A stretch of DNA of 64,000 bases. Origin: an uncultured Clostridia bacterium. Its GTDB lineage: Bacteria > Bacillota > Clostridia > Christensenellales > QALW01. The notes below the pieces were generated by a model that saw nothing but the letters and a program-made list of their open reading frames with translations, was not told the origin of the DNA and ran no database searches. The stretch spans positions 608 through 64,607 of the forward strand of contig CAKRZX010000013.1 in assembly GCA_934434555.1 (NCBI GenBank). Reading direction: 5' to 3'. Within the stretch, counting starts at the first letter, position 1, and each line of letters begins with the position of its first letter. The position numbers and the translations under genes are program-made. Below are positions 52,535 to 61,861 of this stretch, piece by piece.

Positions 52535-53706
52535 TTGAACAAGTTTGCACATGCGAAAAGAAAATTCACCGCGCACCGGTGGAAAAGTACGTTATTTCAC
52601 GCAACGCGGCGGAACAAATACCCGATTTGCTTAAAGATTATAACCGCATTTTTGTTGTGGCTGATGAAAATACGTATCGGGTTTTGGGCGAAAAAGTTGA
52701 AAACCTGCTTAAAAAGGCCGGGAAGTTTTCGCATAAACTTATCCTTGACGGTACGGTTCTTCCCGACGAAAGAAACATAGGCAACGTGCTTATTCATCTT
52801 TATAATCCCAAAGCCGATTCGGATATCTTTTCGTTTTCCCCTAAACCCGACTTCATTTTGGGCGTGGGTTCGGGCGTGGTAAACGATATATGCCGCCTTG
52901 TTTCCTATCGGGTGGGCATTCCTTACGGCATAGCGGGCACGGCGCCGTCAATGGACGGGTACGCCTCGGCGGGCTCGTCCGTTCTGTTTGACAAAACAAA
53001 AGCAACGATAAAATGCACCACGCCCCGGTATATCATTGCCGATTTGAACGTTATGGCACAGGCACCATACGATATGCTGCTTTCGGGAATAGGGGATATG
53101 TTCGGCAAATACACGGGTATTCTTGACTGGGAACTTGCGCGGGACTACAATAATGATTACTTTTGCGAAAAAATCGCTTCCGACGTTATTGCGGCTACCG
53201 AAAAATGCCGCAAAGACGGGTACAACATAGACAAGCGTGACCCGGACTGCGTGGGCGACATTATGGAAGGTTTTATGGTAACGGGACTCGGTATGGCTTT
53301 TACGGGGAATTCCCGTCCCGCGTCGGGTGCGGAGCATATTATTGCTCACGCGTGGGAACTCGAAAGCGTTGAAAAGGGCGAAAAGCCGCAGCTTCACGGA
53401 CTTGAAGTGTGTCAGGCAACGCTGATTGTAATCGATATGTACCGTCTGCTTTATTCCGAAACCGATGATGAACATCTGAAAGCGCTTATAGAAAAGTATC
53501 TTGATTACTTCTCCGGCGTTGAAGAATTCTGTAAAACAATGAATATGCCGCTTGTTACCCGCGACGGCGAAAAAATTCTGCGGGGCATAAAACGGGCGCT
53601 TACTTTGCGGGACAGATATACGATTCTTTTTTATCTGCGCGACAGAAAAATGTTTGACCGCTACGCCGAATACGCCGCCGAAAAAATGAGGGAAAGGCTT
53701 GTATGA
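52531..53706 (+). CDS. sn-Glycerol-1-phosphate dehydrogenase / glycerol dehydrogenase-like (AraM/EgsA family)
   Basis: GVGSGVVNDICRLVS..PYGIAGTAPSMDGYAS and the His-rich SGAEHIIAHAWE fit the iron-containing ADH superfamily, G1PDH-like subgroup. Confidence 0.55.
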   Translation: MIEQVCTCEKKIHRAPVEKYVISRNAAEQIPDLLKDYNRIFVVADENTYRVLGEKVENLLKKAGKFSHKLILDGTVLPDERNIGNVLIHLYNPKADSDIFSFSPKPDFILGVGSGVVNDICRLVSYRVGIPYGIAGTAPSMDGYASAGSSVLFDKTKATIKCTTPRYIIADLNVMAQAPYDMLLSGIGDMFGKYTGILDWELARDYNNDYFCEKIASDVIAATEKCRKDGYNIDKRDPDCVGDIMEGFMVTGLGMAFTGNSRPASGAEHIIAHAWELESVEKGEKPQLHGLEVCQATLIVIDMYRLLYSETDDEHLKALIEKYLDYFSGVEEFCKTMNMPLVTRDGEKILRGIKRALTLRDRYTILFYLRDRKMFDRYAEYAAEKMRERLV

Positions 53707-54482
53707 ACAGCGTAAAACTCTTTCTTTTCGATATGGACGGCACTTTGTATTTGGGCAACAGGCTGTTTGACTTTACTCTTCCGCTGCTGAAAAAAATAAA
53801 GGCAGAGGGGAAACGGTATATCTTCATAACAAACAATTCCTCAAAGAGCGTAGAGACGTATGTTGATAAATTTGCACATATGGGCATATATGCAGAGAAA
53901 AGTGATTTTCTGACATCTTCACAGGCAACGGCAATATACTTAAAACAGAATCATCCAAACAGAACGCTTTACGTGTGCGGAACGGAATCGTTAAAAAAGG
54001 AACTTAAAAAAAGCGGGTTTGAGATTACGGACGACACGGAAAAATCCGAATGTATAGTTATGGGCTTTGATACGGAACTTACTTTTAAGAAACTTGACGA
54101 TGTTTCCCGTATGCTTTCAACAAGGGATATACCCTACATTGCAACGAACCCCGACTATGTCTGCCCTACGGAGTACGGCTTTGTTCCCGACTGCGGCAGT
54201 GTGTGCGATATGATTTTCAATGCAACGAAAAAACGCCCGATTGTTATCGGCAAGCCGTCACCGCTGATGATTCGCCTTGCTATGGAAAAAGAGGGCGCGA
54301 AGCCCGACGAAACCGCCGTTATAGGCGATAGGATCTATACCGACATAAAAAGCGGCATAAACGCAGGCACAAAAACCGTGCTTGTTTTAAGCGGCGAAAC
54401 TACCCTTGAAGAGGCGGAAAAATCACCCGATAAACCTGATTACATCTTTAAGGACGCGGGCGAAATAATAAAGTATATATAA
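53703..54482 (+). CDS. HAD-IIA family hydrolase (NagD-like sugar phosphatase)
   Basis: LFDMDGTLY, ITNNSSKS and GDRIYTDI motifs. Confidence 0.8.
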   Translation: MNSVKLFLFDMDGTLYLGNRLFDFTLPLLKKIKAEGKRYIFITNNSSKSVETYVDKFAHMGIYAEKSDFLTSSQATAIYLKQNHPNRTLYVCGTESLKKELKKSGFEITDDTEKSECIVMGFDTELTFKKLDDVSRMLSTRDIPYIATNPDYVCPTEYGFVPDCGSVCDMIFNATKKRPIVIGKPSPLMIRLAMEKEGAKPDETAVIGDRIYTDIKSGINAGTKTVLVLSGETTLEEAEKSPDKPDYIFKDAGEIIKYI

Positions 54483-54622
54483 AAAATTCCCGAAAACGCT
54501 TTCGGGAAATTTCTTTGTGGCTTAACTCTATAATAAGTAGAGTAAAAAACAAAAAACTACGGTTTGAGGATTGAAAAAGTATAAAAAATGTAGTAGAATA
54601 CAAAAAGAAAGGGTGAAATTAA

Positions 54623-55711
54623 TTGACAGAGAAAATTTTTGCGCAGAATTTGAAAGCGGCAAGAAAAGCGGCGGGACTTACCCAAAGAGAACTTGCCGAG
54701 AAAATAGGATATTCGGAAAAGTCGGTAAGCAAGTGGGAATCGGGGAACACGGTTGCGCCGGGTGCAATGCTTCCCGAAATCGCAAGGGTGCTTTGCACGG
54801 ATATAGATTCTCTGTTTGCCCAAAACGGCGAGGCGGAATTCTTTTTGGGAATTGACGGCGGCGGCACAAAAACCGAATTTGTTCTTGCCGACAAAAACGG
54901 ACGGGAAACAAAGCGGATAACACTTTCGGCGGCGAATCCCGTGGACATCGGCATTGACGGGTGCATTGACCTGCTGCGCCGCGGAATATACGGCGTGTGC
55001 GGCATGACGCTTATAAGAAAAACCTCGCTTTACGCGGGCATTGCGGGCGGCAGCGTGGGCGATAACGCCGAAAAAATCAAAAAGGCGCTTAAACCTCTCG
55101 GATTTTTAAGCGTGGGCGTGGGCAGTGACATCGTAACCGCTTATGCCGCGGGGCTCGGCAGCAGCGACGGTATTTCGGTAATAATGGGCACAGGGTCGGT
55201 TGTGTATGCAAAGTGCAAAGGAGAGAGCTTCCGTATGGGCGGATACGGCTATATTTTCGGTGACCCGGGAAGCGGTTTTGATATAGGACGAGACGGAATA
55301 ATTGCAAGCCTTAAAGCGGAAGAGGGAAGAGAAAAAGACACGGTCTTGCTTAAAAAAATCAAAAAGAAGTATAATTCCGATGTGTTTTCGGCACTGCCGA
55401 TTTTCTACCGTGACGGGCGGCGGGAGATTGCCTCGGTTGCGCCCCTTGTGTTTGAGGCGGAAGCGGAAGGCGATACAACGGCGAAAGAAATTTTGGAAAA
55501 TAATATGCGCAAACTTGCTGAAATCATAAATACAGCGGCAAAAAAGTTCAGCGGCGAAACGCGGGCGGTGCTTTCGGGCTCGATTTCGCGGCAGTTTGAA
55601 ACGGTAAAAAAATATCTTTTGCCGCACACCGACAAAAAAGTGCGGGTGGAATTATCGTTGCGTACACCTGTTGAGGGCGCATTGATACTTGCGGGGGCAA
55701 AATTGAAATGA
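54623..55711 (+). CDS. Fusion of an XRE HTH domain with a BadF/BadG/BcrA/BcrD-type ATPase (GlcNAc-kinase-like)
   Basis: TTG start. The N-terminus reads LKAARKAAGLTQRELAEKIGYSEKSVSKWESG, followed by GIDGGGTKTEFVL and GTGS motifs. Confidence 0.7.
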   Translation: MTEKIFAQNLKAARKAAGLTQRELAEKIGYSEKSVSKWESGNTVAPGAMLPEIARVLCTDIDSLFAQNGEAEFFLGIDGGGTKTEFVLADKNGRETKRITLSAANPVDIGIDGCIDLLRRGIYGVCGMTLIRKTSLYAGIAGGSVGDNAEKIKKALKPLGFLSVGVGSDIVTAYAAGLGSSDGISVIMGTGSVVYAKCKGESFRMGGYGYIFGDPGSGFDIGRDGIIASLKAEEGREKDTVLLKKIKKKYNSDVFSALPIFYRDGRREIASVAPLVFEAEAEGDTTAKEILENNMRKLAEIINTAAKKFSGETRAVLSGSISRQFETVKKYLLPHTDKKVRVELSLRTPVEGALILAGAKLK

Positions 55712-56523
55712 ACAAAACGGAAATGATAAATAAGAACACGGTAAACATAGATAAAATGACCGCGGAAGAAATCGTGAGAGTTATGCAGGAAGAAAATTAT
55801 AATTCCGTGCGTGCGATAGACGGCGCAAAGGCGGAAATTGCGCGAGCCATAGACGCTGCGGCGGAGAGTATTTCCCGCGGGGGACGACTTTTTTACGTTG
55901 GTGCGGGAACGTCGGGGAGACTTGGAGTGCTTGACGCTGCTGAATGTCCGCCTACGTTCGGAGTTTCTCAAAATACGGTTATCGGCATAATTGCCGGGGG
56001 CGAAAAGTGCCTGACCCGCGCCGCCGAAAACGAAGAGGATAACCGCGAAAAGGGCAGAACGGATTTGGAAAAGTACAACATTACAAAAATCGATACCGTT
56101 GTGGGAATATCTGCGTCCGGCGGCGCGGAATACGTTGCGGGAGCACTTGAATATGCAAATTCCGCAGGCGCGGTAACCGTAAGTATTGCAAATAATTTTG
56201 ATACGAAAATCGAAAAAAACGCGCAAATAAACATCGTTGCCGACACGGGCGCAGAGGTTATTGCCGGTTCGACACGCCTTAAAGCGGGAAACGCGCAGAA
56301 AATGATTCTCAATATGATTTCCACCGGTGCTATGGTGCGCACAGGCAAGGTGTACGGGAATTTAATGATAAACCTGAAACCGTCAAACGAAAAACTCACG
56401 CGCCGCACGGTGCAAATTGTAGAAAGCCTTACCGGCGCGGACGAAATAACGGCGAGAAAGGCGCTTGAAAGCGGAAGCCGGGACATTCGTACCGCGATAA
56501 AGGTGATTGAAAATGAAAAGTGA
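55708..56523 (+). CDS. murQ: N-acetylmuramic acid 6-phosphate etherase MurQ
   Basis: SIS domain GAGTSGRLGVLDAAECPPTFG and GSTRLKAGNAQKMILNMIST. Confidence 0.85.
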   Translation: MNKTEMINKNTVNIDKMTAEEIVRVMQEENYNSVRAIDGAKAEIARAIDAAAESISRGGRLFYVGAGTSGRLGVLDAAECPPTFGVSQNTVIGIIAGGEKCLTRAAENEEDNREKGRTDLEKYNITKIDTVVGISASGGAEYVAGALEYANSAGAVTVSIANNFDTKIEKNAQINIVADTGAEVIAGSTRLKAGNAQKMILNMISTGAMVRTGKVYGNLMINLKPSNEKLTRRTVQIVESLTGADEITARKALESGSRDIRTAIKVIENEK

Positions 56524-58165
56524 AGTTAAAATAAATGGCGGCATACCGTCGATTTTTATTGACGGAAAAAAGATAAACGCAAGCGCGTATATGACGTATT
56601 TTGATGAAAATTCACGCGTAGGGGATTTCGCAAAAAGGGGCTACAAACTGTTTTCCGTATGCGCGTATTTTTCGGATTTGCCCATAAACGAATACAGCGG
56701 ATTTACGCCGTGCAGAGGAAACGGAATATTCGATTTTGAAGAGGATTATTCCGAATTTGATAAAAATGTGCGGGCAGTGCTTGAAAAATGCCCCGACGCG
56801 TATATTTTCCCGCGCGTGTACATAACAATGCCGCGAAAGTGGACGGAAGAAAATCCGCAGGAAGTCGGAAAATCAACGATAACGCTCACCGGCAGGGAAC
56901 TTTTGTACAGTAAAAAATTCCGCCGTGACGGCGGCGAATTGTTGAAAAAATTCATTCATCACACGGAAAACAGCGATTATGCGGAAAATATAATCGGCTA
57001 TCAGGTGTCAGGCGGGCAGACGCAGGAATGGTTTTATTTCGACCTTAACGGCGGATTCTGCGAAAATGCCTTGCCGTATTTTAAGGAATATATGCTTAAA
57101 AAGGGCATAGAAGTTTCGGATTTGCCCGATAAACCCGACAAAGACTATTATCTTTTTGCCAACGAAAGTGCTGCGGACACGGTTGAATATTTTGCAAAAA
57201 TCGCAAAACAGGCGGGAGGCAAAATCGTAGGCACGTTTTACGGGTATTCGGTTGAGGTGGATAACCCCGGTTTCGGTACCCACGCACTGAACAAAATAAT
57301 AGACAGTCCGTATATCGACTTTTTCTGTTCGCCCGTTTCATACCGCGATTTGCGGGCGCTGAAAAAAGATTCAGCGGATATGATTCCGCGTGCATCGGTT
57401 TGCGCACGGGGGAAAATGTATTTCACCGAGGCGGATATACGAACCCATTTGTCCGATTATCCCGAAAAATCACGAAAGGATATTAAACTTCCCGTGCCAT
57501 ATCGGGGCGCTGTCTGGAAAGGCGGAAATGATACAAAAGACGATATTCTTCATTTGAAAAAGACCCTTGCAAAGTGTCTCTGCTCAGGCAAGGCGCTTTG
57601 GTGGTTTGATATGTGGGGCGGCTGGTATGATTCGGTAATTGACGTGATGGAAGAATATAACCGCATTCTGAACCTGCCGGGCGGGTCATATTCCTCAAAA
57701 AAATGCAAAGCCGCAGTTTTTATTGATGAATCCGCCCCAAAAGGGGAATTGTGCATAACGGTTGCAGCCTGCGGTGTGCCGTACGATATTTTTCTTGCAC
57801 AGGACTATCCGCTGGCGAGGGATTACGGACTGTTTATTTCGCTTGCAGAAAATAATGAAGATATGCTCATATATGCACAAAATAACAATATACCATGCTT
57901 TTGCGCAGCAAATATGAATAAAGACGAAATTTCACGCGCGATAGACAGTTGCCGGTTTACGCGGGTGAACGGAGAGAACATAGTGTATCTGGGCAACGGA
58001 TTTCTTGCCCTGCACGGTGTGAAAACGGGCGAAACCCGACTTTGTTTTGATAAAAAAGCCCGTTTGACCGACGTTGAAAACGAAAAACATTCCTTTGAAG
58101 GGGAAATAATTTCGGTATTTATAAACGAATGCGAAACGGCAATTTTTAAGATTGAGGAAGTATAA
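56507..58165 (+). CDS. Hypothetical 552-aa protein, possibly a TIM-barrel glycoside hydrolase
   Basis: It overlaps the murQ stop. There is no signal peptide. The assignment rests on weak resemblance only. Confidence 0.3.
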   Translation: MKMKSEVKINGGIPSIFIDGKKINASAYMTYFDENSRVGDFAKRGYKLFSVCAYFSDLPINEYSGFTPCRGNGIFDFEEDYSEFDKNVRAVLEKCPDAYIFPRVYITMPRKWTEENPQEVGKSTITLTGRELLYSKKFRRDGGELLKKFIHHTENSDYAENIIGYQVSGGQTQEWFYFDLNGGFCENALPYFKEYMLKKGIEVSDLPDKPDKDYYLFANESAADTVEYFAKIAKQAGGKIVGTFYGYSVEVDNPGFGTHALNKIIDSPYIDFFCSPVSYRDLRALKKDSADMIPRASVCARGKMYFTEADIRTHLSDYPEKSRKDIKLPVPYRGAVWKGGNDTKDDILHLKKTLAKCLCSGKALWWFDMWGGWYDSVIDVMEEYNRILNLPGGSYSSKKCKAAVFIDESAPKGELCITVAACGVPYDIFLAQDYPLARDYGLFISLAENNEDMLIYAQNNNIPCFCAANMNKDEISRAIDSCRFTRVNGENIVYLGNGFLALHGVKTGETRLCFDKKARLTDVENEKHSFEGEIISVFINECETAIFKIEEV

Positions 58166-58307
58166 TTTGTGCAAAAAGACACACCATAAAAAAAGAGGTG
58201 TGTTTTTTTATGCAAAAAAGTAAAGTGTATTTTTCGGATTTGACGGCAAAAAATCTTCCCGAGGAAAACGAAGTAAGGTACAAAATCAAAAAGGAGCGTG
58301 TAAGGTA

Positions 58308-58763
58308 ATGGAAAAACAGCAGGAATACATTGCGCGCGTTTCGCGGATTATGCCCAAAAGCAGTATCAGATATAACTGTTTCAAGGCGTTTTTTGTTGGC
58401 GGAACAATCTGTCTTTTAGGCGAAATTGTGCGAACGGTGCTTAAAATGTTTGATATAACCGATACGGCAAATGCGGCGTGGACAAGCGTAATAATGATAT
58501 TTTTAGGTGCGCTTTTAACGGGGCTTGGCGTATACGATAAAATAGGAAAATTCGGCGGTGCGGGCGCGCTTGTGCCAATAACGGGCTTTGCCAACGGCAT
58601 AACGAGCCCGGCAATGGAATTCAAAACCGAGGGCTATGTTCTTGGTTTGGGCGCAAAAATGTTTATTATCGCGGGTCCCGTAATCGTGTACGGCACTCTT
58701 GCGTCAAGCCTTGCGGGGCTGATATACTATATTATAATGCTTATTCAGGGGGCGGGCGTATGA
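58308..58763 (+). CDS. spoVAC: Stage V sporulation protein AC
   Basis: Four-TM protein with FFVGGTICLLGE and ITGFANG motifs. It is the first gene of the AC-AD-AEb order. Confidence 0.9.
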   Translation: MEKQQEYIARVSRIMPKSSIRYNCFKAFFVGGTICLLGEIVRTVLKMFDITDTANAAWTSVIMIFLGALLTGLGVYDKIGKFGGAGALVPITGFANGITSPAMEFKTEGYVLGLGAKMFIIAGPVIVYGTLASSLAGLIYYIIMLIQGAGV

Positions 58764-59752
58764 GAACTTATTCATTTTCCCGCGGAGCGTATCTTAAATG
58801 CGGCGCGGCAATAGGCGGAAAAAAAGAGGGCGAGGGACCGCTGAAAGATTATTTCGATATCATTCTTGCCGATGACAAGTGGGTCGAGAAAAGTTTTGAA
58901 AAAGCAGAGCGGAAGATGTTTTTTGAAGCGTTGCAGACCGCAAAAATAAAGGCGGGGCTGAACGATGAGGACGTCGATGCGGTTGTGGGCGGCGATTTGC
59001 TGAATCAGATAATTTCCGCAAGTTTTGCGGTGCGTGGCTTGGATATTCCCTTTTTCGGCGTGTACGGTGCGTGTTCCACAATATGCGAATCGATTTTGCT
59101 GGCTTCCTGTCTTGTTGACGGCGGGTTTGCAAAAAATATTCTCTGCGCGGCAAGTTCGCACTTTGCAAGCGCCGAGCGTCAGTACCGTTTTCCCTTGGAA
59201 TACGGTTCGCAGCCGTCGCCAACAAGTCAGTGGACGGTTACGGGCGCGGGTTGCAGCGTTGTAACAAGCGAGAAATCCCCCGTGCGCATTGCGGGCGGAA
59301 CAGTGGGAAAAATAGTTGATATGGGCATAAAGGACGCCAACAATATGGGCGCGGCAATGGCGCCCGCCGCGGCGGACACGGTAAGCGCATTTTTGCGGGA
59401 CACGCAGACCGAACCCGACGACTACGACCTTATTTTGACGGGCGATTTAGGTAAACTGGGCAAGGAACTTTTCATTATGCTTATGAAAGACGAGGGATAC
59501 GACGTGGGAAATGTGTACAACGACTGCGGCTGTATGATTTTCTATCCCGAACAGACCGCGCCTATGGGGGCAAGCGGGTGCGGCTGCGCTGCAACGGTGT
59601 TTAACGGCGCAGTTTTAAGCAGTATGCTTTCGGGCAAGACAAAAAATGTTATTCTTGCGGCAACGGGCGCGATGTTAAGCCCGGTAAGTTCCTGTCAGGG
59701 AGAAAATATTCCCGGCATATCGTATGCGCTTAATTTCAGGAGGGAAGTATGA
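58760..59752 (+). CDS. spoVAD: Stage V sporulation protein AD
   Basis: A 330-aa thiolase-like fold (GVYGACST). Confidence 0.9.
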   Translation: MRTYSFSRGAYLKCGAAIGGKKEGEGPLKDYFDIILADDKWVEKSFEKAERKMFFEALQTAKIKAGLNDEDVDAVVGGDLLNQIISASFAVRGLDIPFFGVYGACSTICESILLASCLVDGGFAKNILCAASSHFASAERQYRFPLEYGSQPSPTSQWTVTGAGCSVVTSEKSPVRIAGGTVGKIVDMGIKDANNMGAAMAPAAADTVSAFLRDTQTEPDDYDLILTGDLGKLGKELFIMLMKDEGYDVGNVYNDCGCMIFYPEQTAPMGASGCGCAATVFNGAVLSSMLSGKTKNVILAATGAMLSPVSSCQGENIPGISYALNFRREV

Positions 59753-60102
59753 ATTTTGTTTATGCGTTCATTGCGGGCGGGCTGATTTGCGTTATCGGGC
59801 AGATTTTAATTGACCGCACAAAACTCACACCCGCAAGAATAATGGTTGGGTATGTTGTTGTGGGCGTGGTTTTAGGCTCGTTCGGGCTGTATGACAAACT
59901 TGTGGATTTTGCGGGCGCGGGTGCAACCGTTCCCCTTGCGGGATTCGGAAACTCCCTTGTAAAGGGTGTAATACAGGCGGTTGAAGAAAAGGGCGCGCTG
60001 GGAATTTTAACGGGACACCTTTCGGCAACGTCTGCGGGAATAGCCGCGGCAATAATTTTCGGCTACCTTAACGCGGTGATTTTTTCGCCGAAAGAAAAAT
60101 AA
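59749..60102 (+). CDS. spoVAEB: Stage V sporulation protein AEb
   Basis: A 117-aa paralogue of SpoVAC (GAGATVPLAGFGNSL). Confidence 0.85.
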   Translation: MNFVYAFIAGGLICVIGQILIDRTKLTPARIMVGYVVVGVVLGSFGLYDKLVDFAGAGATVPLAGFGNSLVKGVIQAVEEKGALGILTGHLSATSAGIAAAIIFGYLNAVIFSPKEK

Positions 60103-60120
60103 AGTGATTTTATAAAGCGG

Positions 60121-60170
60121 AAAAACGGTACGGCTCTGGAAATGGGGAAGTACCGTTTTTTTTTAAGTAA
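60121..60170 (+). terminator. Terminator after the spoVA genes
   Basis: AAAAACGGTAC ... GTACCGTTTTT followed by a T-run. Confidence 0.7.
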
Positions 60171-60303
60171 AAAGCATCAAAACATCAATAAGTTTTGCGG
60201 ATACAAATCGCAAAAGTATCAAAAGTCAATAAGTTTTGCGGTTATAAACCGCAAAACTATTATAAAAAACAATTTTTTGCGGATATATTCCGATAAAAGA
60301 ACT

Positions 60304-60352
60304 TTATTTGTCCGTTTTTAAGATTTTATCGGGAAACACGCTTGCGGTGATT
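60304..60352 (-). pseudogene. 3' remnant of an XRE-family gene (paralogue of 61070-61363)
   Basis: It encodes ..ITASVFPDKILK. The DNA TTATCGGGAAACACGCTTGCGGTGATT is identical to 61086-61112. Confidence 0.6.
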
Positions 60353-60460
60353 GGACAATTTGAATTTGTACTGATAAAAACGGAAACAGCGTGCTGTTTG
60401 TGTGCACGCTGTTTATCAATTTTGCAAAACATGCCTTGATGTTTTGGTTGTTTTCGCTTT

Positions 60461-60691
60461 TCAGTCATCTTCAAGCAGTTTTGACGGCGGAACTTTAAGT
60501 ACCTGCGCAATTTTGAACAGCGTTTCCAAAGAAACACCCCTCACGGTGCCGGTACCCTCAATTTGACCGACAAAACTAACGCTTTTTCCGATAAGTTCTG
60601 CAAAGTATTCCTGTGTGAAACCGGCTTTGCGCCTGAAATATGCAATTTTCAAACCGAGTGTTATATATTTCTCCGGGAATTCTGTTTTCAT
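60461..60691 (-). CDS. XRE family HTH protein (76 aa)
   Basis: GLKIAYFRRKAGFTQEYFAELIGKSVSFVGQIE. Confidence 0.75.
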   Translation of the reverse strand: MKTEFPEKYITLGLKIAYFRRKAGFTQEYFAELIGKSVSFVGQIEGTGTVRGVSLETLFKIAQVLKVPPSKLLEDD

Positions 60692-60938
60692 TGCTGTCCC
60701 TCACAGTTTTCATCTGTGATTATTATAGCAAAAAACAGAAGAAATTATTATTACCTACAAGTACAAATTTCTTTACTTCAAGTGAAAGATGATGTATAAT
60801 AGTTAAATGTTAATGCGCTTGAAAGCGCAAGGCTGAAATTTTATTTTTGCGTCGGTTTACGTTTGACGCGGGAGTTATATTGCCGTCAACGGTTGTGTTG
60901 ACGTTTTTGAAGGCTTTAATGAATAGGAGAACCATACC

Positions 60939-61067
60939 ATGCACAACACCTGTTCTTTTTTCGGTCACAGGAAAATTAAAAAAACCGAAAGGTTAAAATC
61001 GGAATTAAAAAAAGTGATGCTTGATAATATAAAACCCGTTCTTCATGAATTAAGAAGAACGGGGTGA
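60939..61067 (+). pseudogene. Truncated DUF1273/SLOG-like gene (42 codons)
   Basis: MHNTCSFFGHRKIKKTERLKSELKKV is near identical to the start of 61862-62350, then diverges and stops inside a terminator hairpin. Confidence 0.6.
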
Positions 61068-61069
61068 AG

Positions 61070-61363
61070 TTATCTTTTAAGAACTTTATCGGGAAACACG
61101 CTTGCGGTGATTAAATCTGCGGGGTCAATGTCCAAAGCGTCAGCAATATTGAAGAACACGTCCAACGAAAACGGACGGACAAGATTCGGCGCTTCAATGG
61201 CACTTAAATGTGCACGGCTTATATTTGCCTTTTCAGCAAGTTGTTCTTGTGACATTCCACGCATTTTTCTTAATGCACTAATGGCAATGCCTAACTGAAT
61301 GAACCTGTCGCGATTTTTGAAATCTGTTTTCTTGCTCACAAAAATCCTTCCTTTCAAGCACAC
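61070..61363 (-). CDS. XRE family HTH protein
   Basis: LGIAISALRKMRGMSQEQLAEKANISRAHLSAIE. The exact start is uncertain. Confidence 0.7.
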   Translation of the reverse strand: MCLKGRIFVSKKTDFKNRDRFIQLGIAISALRKMRGMSQEQLAEKANISRAHLSAIEAPNLVRPFSLDVFFNIADALDIDPADLITASVFPDKVLKR

Positions 61364-61394
61364 AAAAACAGCGTGCTGTTTTTGTGCACGCCGT

Positions 61395-61742
61395 TTATTT
61401 GTTTCGTAAAATATGTTTTGTTGCTTTTATTATTTCTGCAACGGATTTCAATTCATCAGGTGTACAGTCCGAAAGTATATCGTCAATTATTTTGCTTGAA
61501 ATATGTGCACTTTTTATAAGACTGCCGTATACAACTTCGTCAAGCGAAACATTAAGCGCATTTGCAATACTTACAAGTGTGGGCAGGCTGAGTTTTGTTG
61601 CAGCGCGCTCAATATGGGAAATGTTTGACGGCTCAATTTCGGATTCTTCGGCAAGCCTTGCCTGTGACCAACCTTTTGCTTTGCGAAGTTCTCGTATGCG
61701 GGTCCCTATTGAAATATAATCTATACTCATAATTTTCCCCAA
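61395..61742 (-). CDS. XRE family HTH protein (115 aa)
   Basis: IGTRIRELRKAKGWSQARLAEESEIEPSNISHIE. Confidence 0.75.
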   Translation of the reverse strand: MGKIMSIDYISIGTRIRELRKAKGWSQARLAEESEIEPSNISHIERAATKLSLPTLVSIANALNVSLDEVVYGSLIKSAHISSKIIDDILSDCTPDELKSVAEIIKATKHILRNK

Positions 61743-61861
61743 AATCTATTTTTTTATATTGTATATCTTATTAGGATATGTTAAAATAACGTATATATCC
61801 TAAAAGGATATGCAGTAATAAAAAATATAATTTATTTAAGCAAAAGAGAGGTAACCATACC

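Noticed and set aside
55405-56226. A 273-aa minus-strand ORF.
   Set aside because: It is antisense to the kinase-fusion and murQ genes, which carry clear motifs. It is a shadow ORF.
58210-58305. A short ORF (MQKSKVYFSDL...) upstream of spoVAC.
   Set aside because: It is about 30 codons with no RBS or motif. The region is more likely the spoVA promoter and leader.
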